NCBI GenBank assembly: GCA_036350795.1 | Contig: JAZBNV010000138.1 | Location: 4,362-68,361, forward strand | Length of the DNA stretch: 64,000 nucleotides | Reading direction: 5' to 3' | Source: Marinilabiliaceae bacterium | Lineage (GTDB): Bacteria; Bacteroidota; Bacteroidia; Bacteroidales; VadinHA17 | In this document: in pieces, positions 37,746 through 47,500 of the stretch | How the letters are laid out: each line of letters starts with the position of its first letter | Numbering within the stretch: the first letter of the stretch is position 1 | The notes under the pieces: model-generated | What the model was told of the DNA's origin: nothing | The model's input: the letters and a program-made list of their open reading frames with translations, nothing else | Databases searched by the model: none | Made by a program: the position numbers and the translations under genes

Positions 37746-38192
37746 ATGAAAAAAATAGTCAACACATCAATTCTTATTACACTGTTATTCTTTGCAGGTG
37801 CTTCTTTCGTTGCCAATGCTCAGTGTAAGAACTTTGCAAAAAAGATTTGTAAAGGAGAACTGGGTGCTTTCACCCACGATGGTAATTACCATGCTGCTAT
37901 TCTTACTGAAGGAGAAGAAGCAGAATTGTATAAAACCTTTTACTCCGACCAGGAATATCGTCTTGCTATTTGCGGCAACAATAACCTGCCTCCAATAGAG
38001 TTTAAGATCCTCGACTCGAACAAAAATGTACTTTACTCAAACAAGGATCACGACTACTCAAAAACATGGGATTTTAACCTTGAGTCAAGCCAGCAGTTAA
38101 AACTGGTGGTCAAGGTTACAAGCTTTGAGCAGGTCTCCGATACTCCGGCCAGCGGATGTGTGGCAATCTTATTCGGATTCAAGATTAAATAA
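37746..38192 (+). CDS. Hypothetical secreted small protein
   Basis: 148 aa with signal peptide ...SFVANAQ. It contains four Cys residues and lies 7 nt after the lipoprotein gene. Confidence 0.65.
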   Translation: MKKIVNTSILITLLFFAGASFVANAQCKNFAKKICKGELGAFTHDGNYHAAILTEGEEAELYKTFYSDQEYRLAICGNNNLPPIEFKILDSNKNVLYSNKDHDYSKTWDFNLESSQQLKLVVKVTSFEQVSDTPASGCVAILFGFKIK

Positions 38193-38242
38193 TAATTCTG
38201 CATGATATTTTAAGTTAAGGCCGTCTCAAAAGTATAATATTC

Positions 38243-38322
38243 TTGTCATCCCGAGCGAATGCGAGGAACCCAGGTCTTGACTATCAAGCATTTAGATCCC
38301 TCGCATTCGCTCGGGATGACAA
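38243..38322. repeat. Perfect 24-bp-arm inverted repeat (REP-like palindromic element or bidirectional terminator hairpin)
   Basis: The arm ttgtcatcccgagcgaatgcgagg (38243-38266) and its exact reverse complement cctcgcattcgctcgggatgacaa (38299-38322) flank a 32-nt loop. The element lies between convergent genes. Confidence 0.9.
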
Positions 38323-38351
38323 ATATTGTGCCCTCTCGATACACCCCCTTC

Positions 38352-41141
38352 TTATATCTTGTTTTTTAGAAATATACCGGTTGAGGAAGCAGTACAATTT
38401 ACTATTTCTTCAGGCACTCCTTCAAAAATAAGCGAACCACCTTCATCTCCTCCCCCGGGCCCGAGATCAATAATCCAGTCTGCATTCTTGATCATTTCGA
38501 GGTTGTGTTCGATCAGCAGAACAGAATGGCCCTTTTCCACCAGGGCATTCAGAGAGTTTAATAACTTATTGATATCATGGAAATGCAGACCGGTAGTGGG
38601 CTCATCGAAAATAAAAAGGATATGTCGCTCGCTATTCTCCTGGCTCAGGTAGTAGGCAAGTTTTACTCTCTGGCTTTCGCCACCTGAGAGGGTTGATGAA
38701 GACTGACCCAGTTTAACATAACCAAGCCCGACGTCGGCAAGAGGCTGAAGTTTCCTGGTAATTTTTCCGGCTACCCTGCTGCCAGCCTGTGAAAAAAACT
38801 CGATTGCCTCGTTGATTGTCATTTCCAGAACATCATGGATGTTTTTATTATTAAACATTACTTCGAGTATCTCTTTTTTAAAGCGCTTACCTTTACATTC
38901 TTCACATTCCAGCTCAACATCTGCCATAAATTGCATTTCCACCTTTATAGTACCTTCTCCCTGGCATTCCTCACACCTTCCCCCGTCAACATTGAAAGAG
39001 AAATGAGAGGCCTTATATGAATTCTGCCTGGATAACTGCTGGTCGGCAAACAGTTTCCTGATCTCATCGTATGCCTTTAAATAGGTAACAGGGTTAGAAC
39101 GGCTTGATTTACCAATTGGGTTCTGATCTACAAGCTCAACTCCATTAATTGACAGGTAATCACCTGATAAGCTTTTAAACTTACCGGGCTTGCTTCCATA
39201 ACCCTCAATGGAATTCTTAAGGGCCGGGTATAATATAGATGATACAAGTGTTGATTTACCGGAGCCGCTCACTCCTGTAACAACAGTAATTGTGTTAAGA
39301 GGTATTTTTACATCAATCTCCTTAAGATTGTTCTCGCGAGCACCTTCAATACCAATATAACTGTTCCACCTCCGGCGTAATGAAGGTACTGGTATTGTTA
39401 ATTCACCCTTCAGATAACGGCATGTCAGGGAAGAACCTGATTTTATATCAGAAGGTTTACCTTCATATACCAGCTCACCTCCAAATCTTCCTGCCTCAGG
39501 GCCTATATCAATCAGCCTGTCGGCAGATCTGATTATCTCTTCTTCGTGTTCAACAACAAGAACAGTATTCCCAATATTCCTGAGATTTTTTAAAACACTG
39601 ATAAGCAGCTTAGTGTCTCTTGGATGCAGACCTATGCTGGGCTCATCAAGTATATATAGCGATCCTACAAGACTGCTTCCAAGTGATGTGGCAATATTAA
39701 TTCTCTGCGATTCCCCGCCTGAAAGACTGGAAGATAAGCGGTTAAGGGTAAGATAACCCAGCCCGACATCATTCAGAAATCTCAGCCTGGATTTTATCTC
39801 AAGCAGTATCCTGTCAGCAATATCCTTTTCAGTCCTGGAAAGTTTTATCGTGTTTACAAACTCAAGAAGCACGGATACCGGCATCGAAGTTAGCTCCCAT
39901 ATTGCATAAGAGTTTACCTTAACATAAGAGGCTTCTTTCCTGAGCCTGTTGCCCCTGCATTCAGGGCATGTTGTCTTACCCCTGTACCTGCTCAGCATTA
40001 CCCGGTACTGTATCTTATATTTCTTTTCCTCGAGGTATTCAAAAAACCTGTTAAGCCCATAGAAATACCTGTTGCCGGTCCAAACCAGGCTTTTATGGTC
40101 TTCGCTTAACTGGTACCAGGGCTTGTGAATAGGAAAATCGAACTTCGAGGCATTCATTACAAGCCTTTCCTTCCACTTCTTCATCTTTTCTCCTTTCCAG
40201 CATACTATGGCATCTTCATAAACCGATAAATTCTGATCCGGTATAACAAGTTCTTCATCAATACCTATTATCCTGGAGTATCCTTCGCAAAGAGGACAGG
40301 CCCCCAGCGGGTTATTAAAGCTGAAAAGATGCTCCGTAGGCTCTTCAAACATTATTCCGTCAGCTTCAAACTTAGTTGAGAAATCATGCAGGTCATTACT
40401 GTCCATTATCTCAATGCTGCATTTGCCCGATCCTGTAAGAATAGCAGTTTCAACACTGTCGGCATACCTGCTTGCTTCTTCATCAGAAGTGCCTGCCACC
40501 AGCCTGTCTACAACAATATGAAACAGTTCACCCTCTGCCGGCAGGCAGTCGGGCTTGCTGTTGTCAACCCTTATTACCTCTCCGTTTTTACAGCGAATCC
40601 GGGTAAATCCCTGTTCAATAAGAAACTTGAAGAATGTTTTTGCGTCTATGCCGTGGGGAAGGAAAGAAGGTGAAAGAATAAGAACCCTGGATCCTGCTTT
40701 AAGCGAGCTGATATATTTCACCACATCATCCACACTGTGCCTTTTTACTTCCTTCCCTGATACCGGCGAATATGTTCTTCCTATTCTTGAATATAGTAAC
40801 CTGAGGTAGTCGTATATCTCGGTTGATGTGCCAACCGTTGACCTCGGATTCCTGGTATTTACTTTTTGCTCAATTGCTATTGCCGGGGGAATACCGCTGA
40901 TAAAATCAACCTCCGGCTTGCTCATCCTGCCAAGAAATTGACGCGCATAGGCAGACAGGCTTTCAACATACCTTCGCTGACCCTCTGCATAAATAGTATC
41001 GAAGGCAAGTGATGATTTACCTGAACCCGACACACCTGTTATTACAACCAGTTGATTCTGAGGTATTACTACGTTTAATGATTTAAGGTTATGAACCTTC
41101 GCACCACGTATGGAAATATCTTTTTTGTGTTCCTTCATCAC
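38352..41141 (-). CDS. uvrA: Excinuclease ABC subunit A
   Basis: IRGAKVHNLK...ITGVSGSGKSSLAFDTIYAEGQRRYVESLS. It has two ABC modules, LSGGESQR twice, and zinc-finger Cys clusters. Confidence 0.95.
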   Translation of the reverse strand: MMKEHKKDISIRGAKVHNLKSLNVVIPQNQLVVITGVSGSGKSSLAFDTIYAEGQRRYVESLSAYARQFLGRMSKPEVDFISGIPPAIAIEQKVNTRNPRSTVGTSTEIYDYLRLLYSRIGRTYSPVSGKEVKRHSVDDVVKYISSLKAGSRVLILSPSFLPHGIDAKTFFKFLIEQGFTRIRCKNGEVIRVDNSKPDCLPAEGELFHIVVDRLVAGTSDEEASRYADSVETAILTGSGKCSIEIMDSNDLHDFSTKFEADGIMFEEPTEHLFSFNNPLGACPLCEGYSRIIGIDEELVIPDQNLSVYEDAIVCWKGEKMKKWKERLVMNASKFDFPIHKPWYQLSEDHKSLVWTGNRYFYGLNRFFEYLEEKKYKIQYRVMLSRYRGKTTCPECRGNRLRKEASYVKVNSYAIWELTSMPVSVLLEFVNTIKLSRTEKDIADRILLEIKSRLRFLNDVGLGYLTLNRLSSSLSGGESQRINIATSLGSSLVGSLYILDEPSIGLHPRDTKLLISVLKNLRNIGNTVLVVEHEEEIIRSADRLIDIGPEAGRFGGELVYEGKPSDIKSGSSLTCRYLKGELTIPVPSLRRRWNSYIGIEGARENNLKEIDVKIPLNTITVVTGVSGSGKSTLVSSILYPALKNSIEGYGSKPGKFKSLSGDYLSINGVELVDQNPIGKSSRSNPVTYLKAYDEIRKLFADQQLSRQNSYKASHFSFNVDGGRCEECQGEGTIKVEMQFMADVELECEECKGKRFKKEILEVMFNNKNIHDVLEMTINEAIEFFSQAGSRVAGKITRKLQPLADVGLGYVKLGQSSSTLSGGESQRVKLAYYLSQENSERHILFIFDEPTTGLHFHDINKLLNSLNALVEKGHSVLLIEHNLEMIKNADWIIDLGPGGGDEGGSLIFEGVPEEIVNCTASSTGIFLKNKI

Positions 41142-41311
41142 AGCTCAAGGGGATGTTAAAGTATTGTTAAGCTTTGGAAGAATCAAAAGTAATATTTTTA
41201 ATTCTAAATATTTTTTATTTAATTGCATTTGATTCAAAAGAGTAATAAACCAAAAAAAGGAGGACCGCCTATTGCATTAATTCTACTCAGTTAACCAATA
41301 TATGAGTAAGA

Positions 41312-41899
41312 ATGAAAAGTCAACTAACTGACCAGGAGTTGGTTATGCAATTTATAAATGGTAGTCAACCTGCAATCGAAACATTAATCCACCGGCATAA
41401 AACAAGGGTATTTACTTATATTTCCATGTATATAAGGGATACCAGCCTTGCTGAGGATATATTCCAGGAAACATTCCTGAAAGTAATAAATTCGCTTAGA
41501 TCGGGAAAATACCGTGATAATGGAAAATTTCTCTCGTGGGTAATGCGCATCGCACATAACCTTATTATCGATCATTTCAGAAAGGAGAAACAGTCGAACC
41601 TCCTGTCTAATGACGATTACGAAACCGACCTCTTCAATTCAAAGAAACTCTCCGATTCTAACATAGAGGAAGAACTTGTGAGAGCGCAGATAGAAGAAGA
41701 TGTCAGGAATCTGCTTGACGAGCTGCCCGACGACCAGAGGGAAGTTGTAATGTTACGACACTATGCCGGCCTCAGCTTCAAGGAGATAGCCGATCAGACC
41801 GAGGTAAGTATAAATACAGCCCTTGGAAGAATGAGGTATGCACTGATAAATATGCGTAAGCTGATGGAGAAGAATAATATTTCTCTCACGGTAAATTAG
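41312..41899 (+). CDS. Sigma-70 family (ECF-type, group 4) RNA polymerase sigma factor
   Basis: Region 2 is DIFQETFLKV...FLSWVMRIAHNLIIDHFR. Region 4 is QREVVMLRHYAGLSFKEIADQTEVSINTALGRMRYA. Confidence 0.88.
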   Translation: MKSQLTDQELVMQFINGSQPAIETLIHRHKTRVFTYISMYIRDTSLAEDIFQETFLKVINSLRSGKYRDNGKFLSWVMRIAHNLIIDHFRKEKQSNLLSNDDYETDLFNSKKLSDSNIEEELVRAQIEEDVRNLLDELPDDQREVVMLRHYAGLSFKEIADQTEVSINTALGRMRYALINMRKLMEKNNISLTVN

Positions 41900-41988
41900 T
41901 TTCCTGCGTATATAATAAAGATTCTGCAGCATCGTTATAAGTAATGCAAGGATACAAGATCCGGCATTAAATTAACGAGAAGCAGCCT

Positions 41989-42174
41989 ATGAGCAGAACC
42001 TTTACACAGCTAATAACATTTCGCGAAATATTAACTGAAGACATTGATCTTTATGAGGATGCCTTTGGTTATACCTATGCTATGAGCGAAATCTGTAATT
42101 TACTCTCAAAAGTCGAAATCCAGGCTCCTGACACCTGCATTGAGGGTCTCCTGAACAGGGGTGATTTACATTGA
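41989..42174 (+). CDS. Possible small protein (61 aa) downstream of the sigma factor; coding status uncertain
   Basis: It is the only ORF in a 383-nt gap. It has no TM segment and no recognisable motif. Confidence 0.25.
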   Translation: MSRTFTQLITFREILTEDIDLYEDAFGYTYAMSEICNLLSKVEIQAPDTCIEGLLNRGDLH

Positions 42175-42208
42175 AAATACATGTCTTATCAATGGGGGAT
42201 AAAAAAAA

Positions 42209-42259
42209 TTTGCATTGTATGATGCAAAATGATACCTTTATGATACTAAAATAGTATCA
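42209..42259 (+). promoter_or_regulatory. Two palindromes and TGATAC repeats upstream of the SPFH gene; candidate operator
   Basis: The first palindrome is tttgcat-N6-atgcaaa (42209-42228). The second is tgatacta-aaa-tagtatca (42241-42259). A further direct TGATAC at 42230 lies 11 bp before the copy at 42241. The SPFH ATG is at 42283. Confidence 0.45.
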
Positions 42260-42282
42260 GTTATTCTAAAAAATTAATTATC

Positions 42283-43137
42283 ATGAAAACAGAAAAAGAA
42301 TTCAAACCGGTATCTGGTTATTTGTTTTTGATCGTTCTTGCCCTGATAATGGCCGGGTCGCTTATTTCATTTTTTAATGAGATTATCTGGCTGGGGATAT
42401 CTACGATTGTCCTGTTTATTTTCGTATCGATAGGATTTACGGTTATCAATCCTAACGAATCATGCGTTATGGTCCTTTTCGGTGCATATAAGGGTACGGT
42501 TAAGGAAAACGGATTCTTCTGGGTTAATCCCTTTTATGTGCGCAGGAAAATATCCCTGAGGGCAAGGAACTTTGACAGTGAGCCCATTAAGGTGAATGAC
42601 AAGATAGGAAACCCGATTAAGATTGGCTGCGTGCTGGTATGGAAGGTTGATAATACCTATAAGGCGGCCTTTGAAGTAGATGAATACGAGCATTTTGTAT
42701 ATGTTCAGAGTGATGCTGCCTTAAGGAAACTTGCCGGTACTTATTCGTATGATAATTTTGAGGACCATGAAGCTTCAATAACGCTAAGGGGTGGGGGCGA
42801 AGAAGTAAATGACGAACTTGAAAAGGAAATTCGGGATCGTCTTACGATAGCCGGTATCTTTGTTATTGAGGCAAGGATAAATTATATAGCTTATGCAGAA
42901 GAGATAGCAAGTGCAATGCTCAGAAGACAACAGGCCACTGCTATTGTAGCTGCCCGCTTTAAGATTGTGGAGGGTGCTGTGTCGATGGTTGAAAATGCAC
43001 TTGAGCAACTTAACGATAAGAAAATAGTAGATTTTGATGAGGAGAAAAAGGCAACAATGGTCAGCAACCTGATGGTTGTTTTGTGTGCCGATAAAGATGT
43101 TACTCCGGTAATAAATACAGGAACCCTGCACCAGTAA
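42283..43137 (+). CDS. SPFH/band 7 (stomatin-prohibitin-flotillin-HflK/C) domain membrane protein
   Basis: Two N-terminal TM helices are followed by VINPNESCVMVLFGAYKG...FFWVNPF and a coiled C-terminal region. Confidence 0.85.
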   Translation: MKTEKEFKPVSGYLFLIVLALIMAGSLISFFNEIIWLGISTIVLFIFVSIGFTVINPNESCVMVLFGAYKGTVKENGFFWVNPFYVRRKISLRARNFDSEPIKVNDKIGNPIKIGCVLVWKVDNTYKAAFEVDEYEHFVYVQSDAALRKLAGTYSYDNFEDHEASITLRGGGEEVNDELEKEIRDRLTIAGIFVIEARINYIAYAEEIASAMLRRQQATAIVAARFKIVEGAVSMVENALEQLNDKKIVDFDEEKKATMVSNLMVVLCADKDVTPVINTGTLHQ

Positions 43138-43138
43138 T

Positions 43139-43303
43139 ATGAGTCAGAAGAAAGCATTTGTATTGAGAATCGATCCAGAAAAGCTTAAAAAGCTGGAAAA
43201 ATGGGCTGCCGATGAGTTCCGTAGCACAAACGGTCAGCTGGAGTGGATTATTGACCAGGCTCTAAGGAAGGCGGACAGGATAAAAAAGCAGGATGATAGC
43301 TGA
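43139..43303 (+). CDS. Arc/MetJ-type ribbon-helix-helix DNA-binding protein (54 aa)
   Basis: Not in the ORF track because it is under 60 aa. The ATG lies 1 nt after the SPFH stop. The translation is MSQKKAFVLRIDPEKLKKLEKWAADEFRSTNGQLEWIIDQALRKADRIKKQDDS. The segment FVLRIDPEL...WAADEFRS.NGQIE is a pattern I recall from Arc-family and HicB-like annotations. Confidence 0.7.
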   Translation: MSQKKAFVLRIDPEKLKKLEKWAADEFRSTNGQLEWIIDQALRKADRIKKQDDS

Positions 43304-43305
43304 TA

Positions 43306-44013
43306 CTAGAGAAGGTTGCTAAAATATACCAGGCTGCAGGCTGCCACTCCTGCAGTCTCTGTTCTTAGTCGGCTGCTTCCAAGACTGAGTTCCTTAAATC
43401 CTGCATTTAGTGCCAGTTCTACCTCTTCTGGCGAGAAGTCTCCCTCGGGGCCAATAAGAATTAAAGCATTGCTTCCCCGTGTATATGTATCATAAAATGA
43501 CTCATTGTTCATAAACTTGTTGCAGTGGGCAATAAACCTGCTGCCCTGGAACTCTGCTTTAATAAACTGCTTAAAGCTTTGCGGCTCATTAATAATGGTT
43601 TCACTTGTTTTTACTGATTGTTTCATTGCTGAAACAGCTATGCGCCTGGCTCTTTCTGTTTTATATGTTTTTCGCTCCGACCTGCTGCAGATAATCGGAC
43701 TTATCTCATCTATCCCGAATTCAATACTTTTTTCTACAAACCATTCTATCCTTTCGTTGTTTTTTGTAGGAGCAATGGCAATATGCAGCCGGTAATTCCT
43801 CTTATTATAATCTTTCTCAACACTTTTAATTTCGAGCAGAGCCGGGCCGGGACCGGGATCAAGAATAATGCATGTATAAAGATTACCCGATCCGTTTATA
43901 ACATTTACCTTATCTCCCTGTTTCAGCCGGAGTACCCTGTAAAGGTGCCTGGATTCATTTTCATCGAGTCTGAATCTATCGCTATCTCTATCTCTTGAAT
44001 AAAACAGGTGCAT
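43306..44013 (-). CDS. rsmE: 16S rRNA (uracil1498-N3)-methyltransferase
   Basis: MHLFY...ESRHLYRVLRLKQGD...GPEGDFSPEE...LSLGSSRLRTETA. Confidence 0.9.
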   Translation of the reverse strand: MHLFYSRDRDSDRFRLDENESRHLYRVLRLKQGDKVNVINGSGNLYTCIILDPGPGPALLEIKSVEKDYNKRNYRLHIAIAPTKNNERIEWFVEKSIEFGIDEISPIICSRSERKTYKTERARRIAVSAMKQSVKTSETIINEPQSFKQFIKAEFQGSRFIAHCNKFMNNESFYDTYTRGSNALILIGPEGDFSPEEVELALNAGFKELSLGSSRLRTETAGVAACSLVYFSNLL

Positions 44014-44073
44014 AGGTCTTATTTACAGCAAAAATAAGAGAATGTCTTATATTTACCACTTCTTTTATTAAAT

Positions 44074-44580
44074 ATGAAGATTGGTTTACTTTCAGACACG
44101 CACGGTTGGATTCATCCCTCAGTATTTAAATATTTCAGCGAATGCGATGAGATATGGCATGCTGGTGATATAGGAAGTACTGAGGTAGCAGTTCAGCTTG
44201 AAAACTTTAAGCCTTTTCGTGCAGTCTATGGAAATATAGATGATGCCTCGCTCAGGCGAAGATATAGTGAGCATCTTCGCTTCAGCATTAATGAACTGGA
44301 TATATGGATTACCCATATTGGTGGTTACCCGGGGAGGTATGCACCGGGAGTAAGGCCGCAGATATTTGAGAACCCACCCGGCTTATTTATCTCGGGACAT
44401 TCGCATATTGCAAAAGTAATACCCGATAAGAATTTGAACCTTCTGCATATTAACCCCGGAGCGGCAGGTTATACAGGTTACCATAAAGTAATGACACTGG
44501 CCAGGTTTACAATAGGACGCGGAAAAGTAAGCGAGCTTGAGCTTATTGAGCTGGGTCCGCGTTCAAAGCTTATTGATTAA
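44074..44580 (+). CDS. YfcE/MJ0936-type metallophosphoesterase
   Basis: LLSDTHG, HAGDIG, GNID and GHSH motifs are present. Confidence 0.85.
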   Translation: MKIGLLSDTHGWIHPSVFKYFSECDEIWHAGDIGSTEVAVQLENFKPFRAVYGNIDDASLRRRYSEHLRFSINELDIWITHIGGYPGRYAPGVRPQIFENPPGLFISGHSHIAKVIPDKNLNLLHINPGAAGYTGYHKVMTLARFTIGRGKVSELELIELGPRSKLID

Positions 44581-47500
44581 AGTCAATATTATCCTGCCCG
44601 GTGTCAGAATCCTCCGTGCCTCGCTCCATACGCCTCAGAAAATTCTCAAGCCTGTCCTGAACGCCCACCATATAAGTATATGGCAGCCTTACACTATTGT
44701 CGGGATGTTTGCGGTCATTCAGCTTTTCATCCCTCAGGATGGTGTTGAAGTTATTATTTCCTGAAAGAGCCATAAGAACACCGCGCGTATAACTGAACCA
44801 GTACCATGTTGAGTTATCGGCTTTCAGGTAAATATCCAGTATATCTCCCGACCTTCGTTTCTGAAGCTCAACATAGCCATCCACCTTTACATTGAGAGCC
44901 TGGGTTCCTATAAAACCAATCCCGATTTTTCCCTCAGACCGGTAAGCAAGGTATTCATCATTCCAAACCAGGTTAAGATCGTTAAGTATCAGCTCCGGCT
45001 TGAAGTCAGCAGGCAGGTTTCTTGCCATGCCAAAGAGGTTCATATCTTCTTGTAGCCTGGAAGCAGCATCAGCCCCGATAAGGTTTTTCATTGCCATATC
45101 ATAAGTGTCTGTGCTCAGGTCAACACCTTCAAGCCCGGCCATATACCTTATTTCATCTTTCATTACGCCAAGGGCTGGTTCGGAGAAATGAAAATCAAGG
45201 GCAAGTATAAGTTTAATATTTACCAGGCCTGAATCGGTAATATGCATTACATTACCTGCAGCACTTATATCCAGTAAACCGTAATCAAGTCCAAGGTCAA
45301 TACTCCCCTCACTGTATACATCGCACACAGCTTTGTTGAACGAGACGAGTGGCCCGGGCAGAACCGGGTTGGCAAGCTTCTCTCTTGAGGAAACCTTGTA
45401 AATACCGGATGCCTTATCATATACAAGCCAGCCCTGTGCACCTACAAGTGCTATATCACTCCATGATTTTGACGGAGACAGGAATGCAGAATAGATATGA
45501 GTTGAATCGACGGTTATATACGTGCCTACAGTTATCAGGTTAGCATTAATATCGCGTGCCTTATCGCTAACAGGGATCATAATATTAAGAGGATCAATGT
45601 CAGCATTGAATTTCATGGGTGCAGAACCAATATAATCGCAATCGTGAATAATACCTGCCGACCCCAGGAAATTAAGGTGTTCCTTCTCAGAACTTAAATG
45701 TACATCTCCCAGGAAGGTGAAGTAGGGGCTAAGTTTAAAATTCTGGGTCTGTGGTATGTATCCGCTTCCTTTTGACCGGAGTGAGTCAACAACTATTTCG
45801 GTAAATTTAATTGGCTGTACGCTATTCTCCTCATCTATATAGTCGTAAATACCACTTGCTTCGTACCTGCGGGTATTTATAATATCTACCCGGGCTGTAT
45901 GAATAAGGTGCCTGTTGTTGATAGCTATAAGCGACTCGTTTAGCTTATCGAATTTTGCACCTTTATTAATTCGTAATATGCCACTGTCAGGTTGTATTAA
46001 AGCATCTGCAACCTTTATGTAGTTTACATCTTCTGCAATCACTTTCTCTTCATTAAGCAGGTACCTGCCCCTTGTTGCACTGAATGTTAGGGTGTCATTC
46101 ACCATATGTGTGCTGAAGAATGTTGGCTTCTCAAGGTTTTCCATATCCTGTTTAAGGAGTTGTTCTCCATCCATAAGGGTGCTACTCTCCCTGCCTTTCT
46201 GGACCATCGACAAGACTTTTCCGTTCATATCATACTCAAAGTCTGTCATTGTGCATATGTAATTTATCTCCGGGAATTTAACCACAGAGCTGTCACTGTT
46301 CAGGCTGAATCTTGATAATTGTCCCTCAAAATCGACATAAGTATTTGCATCTTCTGCAATAAATGCAAAGCCATCGCCTGAAACTGATTTCAGGTTATAA
46401 GTTGCTGTATCAGCTCTGAGAGTGCTCGATGTAAAAAGTATATTGCTTGAGATCAGTCTTGAGTCTGTAAAGCTCAGGTTGCCATTACCCGAAAGACCCC
46501 CTGAAGTAAGAAGCACAGTTCCGTCAAGTTCGGAGCCGTTATCAAAGATCGAGAATTTTCCATCATCTCTTATCTCTGCATGCCACTCATCCTTTTCGGG
46601 GTACCACCTGATCATTGCGTTTTCAGAGCTGAGTTCGGGGAATAAGGTACTGGCAGCAATCGTAAATGTTTCTGCTTCTGAAATAAGTGAATCGGGAAAC
46701 ATATTTATTTCAGGCGAAAGAATCGAAGCTGTAAGATGATCGAGTCTTCCATGTCCCTTCAGACCTGAATTACTCATATTTATCTCGTTAAACATTCTTG
46801 CCTGCCCCTCGTAGATATCAAGTCCTTCATCTTCAGTTGTATAACTAAATCCGAGTGATTTATCATTTTGCAGCGAAAGTGTCTGAGGCAGGGTCGGCAG
46901 TATATTGCCTGCAGTAAATTCGCCCTTTAAGTCGAGGTCTGTCTCGTGCAAACGGTCGGTATTTTCGAAAACAAAGGGATCAAGCCTGAAATAGAAGTCT
47001 GACTGTGGGTATACACCTTCCAGTCCCGGAATGCGGTCGTAGAAAATATAAGAGTCGCTGATTGCAGTAAAAATAGGGTATTGCTTCAGGCTTTTTAAGC
47101 CTGATTTATTTGCCGGGTCGTCTATAAGCAGTTCAGCGTTGGTCATCTGGATCAGGTCCTCCACATTTTTTGCAAGTAGTCCGCCCATCTCATCCCTTTC
47201 GTCAGTGTAAACCTGCAGTGCAATTGAGTCAACCCTGGGCATCTTTATCTTAAATGTATCGTAGCTAAACCTGAAATCATTTCCATAAATGGTTATCATA
47301 CCTGCCTGTACCACTCCATTGAACTCAAATGACCTGTTCTTTTCCAGTATGATAGACCTGTCGTAAGGATAAATAGCAACATTCTGAGAATCGCTCAGGA
47401 AGATTCCGGGGATTCCGTTTATTCTCATTTTATAGTTCCTCATGTCCAGAACCGCATTATCAAGAGGGGATTCAGTTTCACTCAGGATACTAACAACATC

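Noticed and set aside
38243-38652. ORFs 38243-38431 and 38326-38652, which overlap the inverted repeat and the 3' end of uvrA.
   Set aside because: The first is generated by reading through the palindromic element (MSSRANARNPGL...). The second is antisense to the conserved uvrA C-terminus. Both are artefacts.
41900-42282. A structured ncRNA (SRP, 6S-like) in the sigma to SPFH gap. The string gagaagcagcc superficially resembles the SRP domain IV core.
   Set aside because: The surrounding sequence does not form the conserved SRP helix 8 symmetric and asymmetric loops, and I could see no extended complementary arms.
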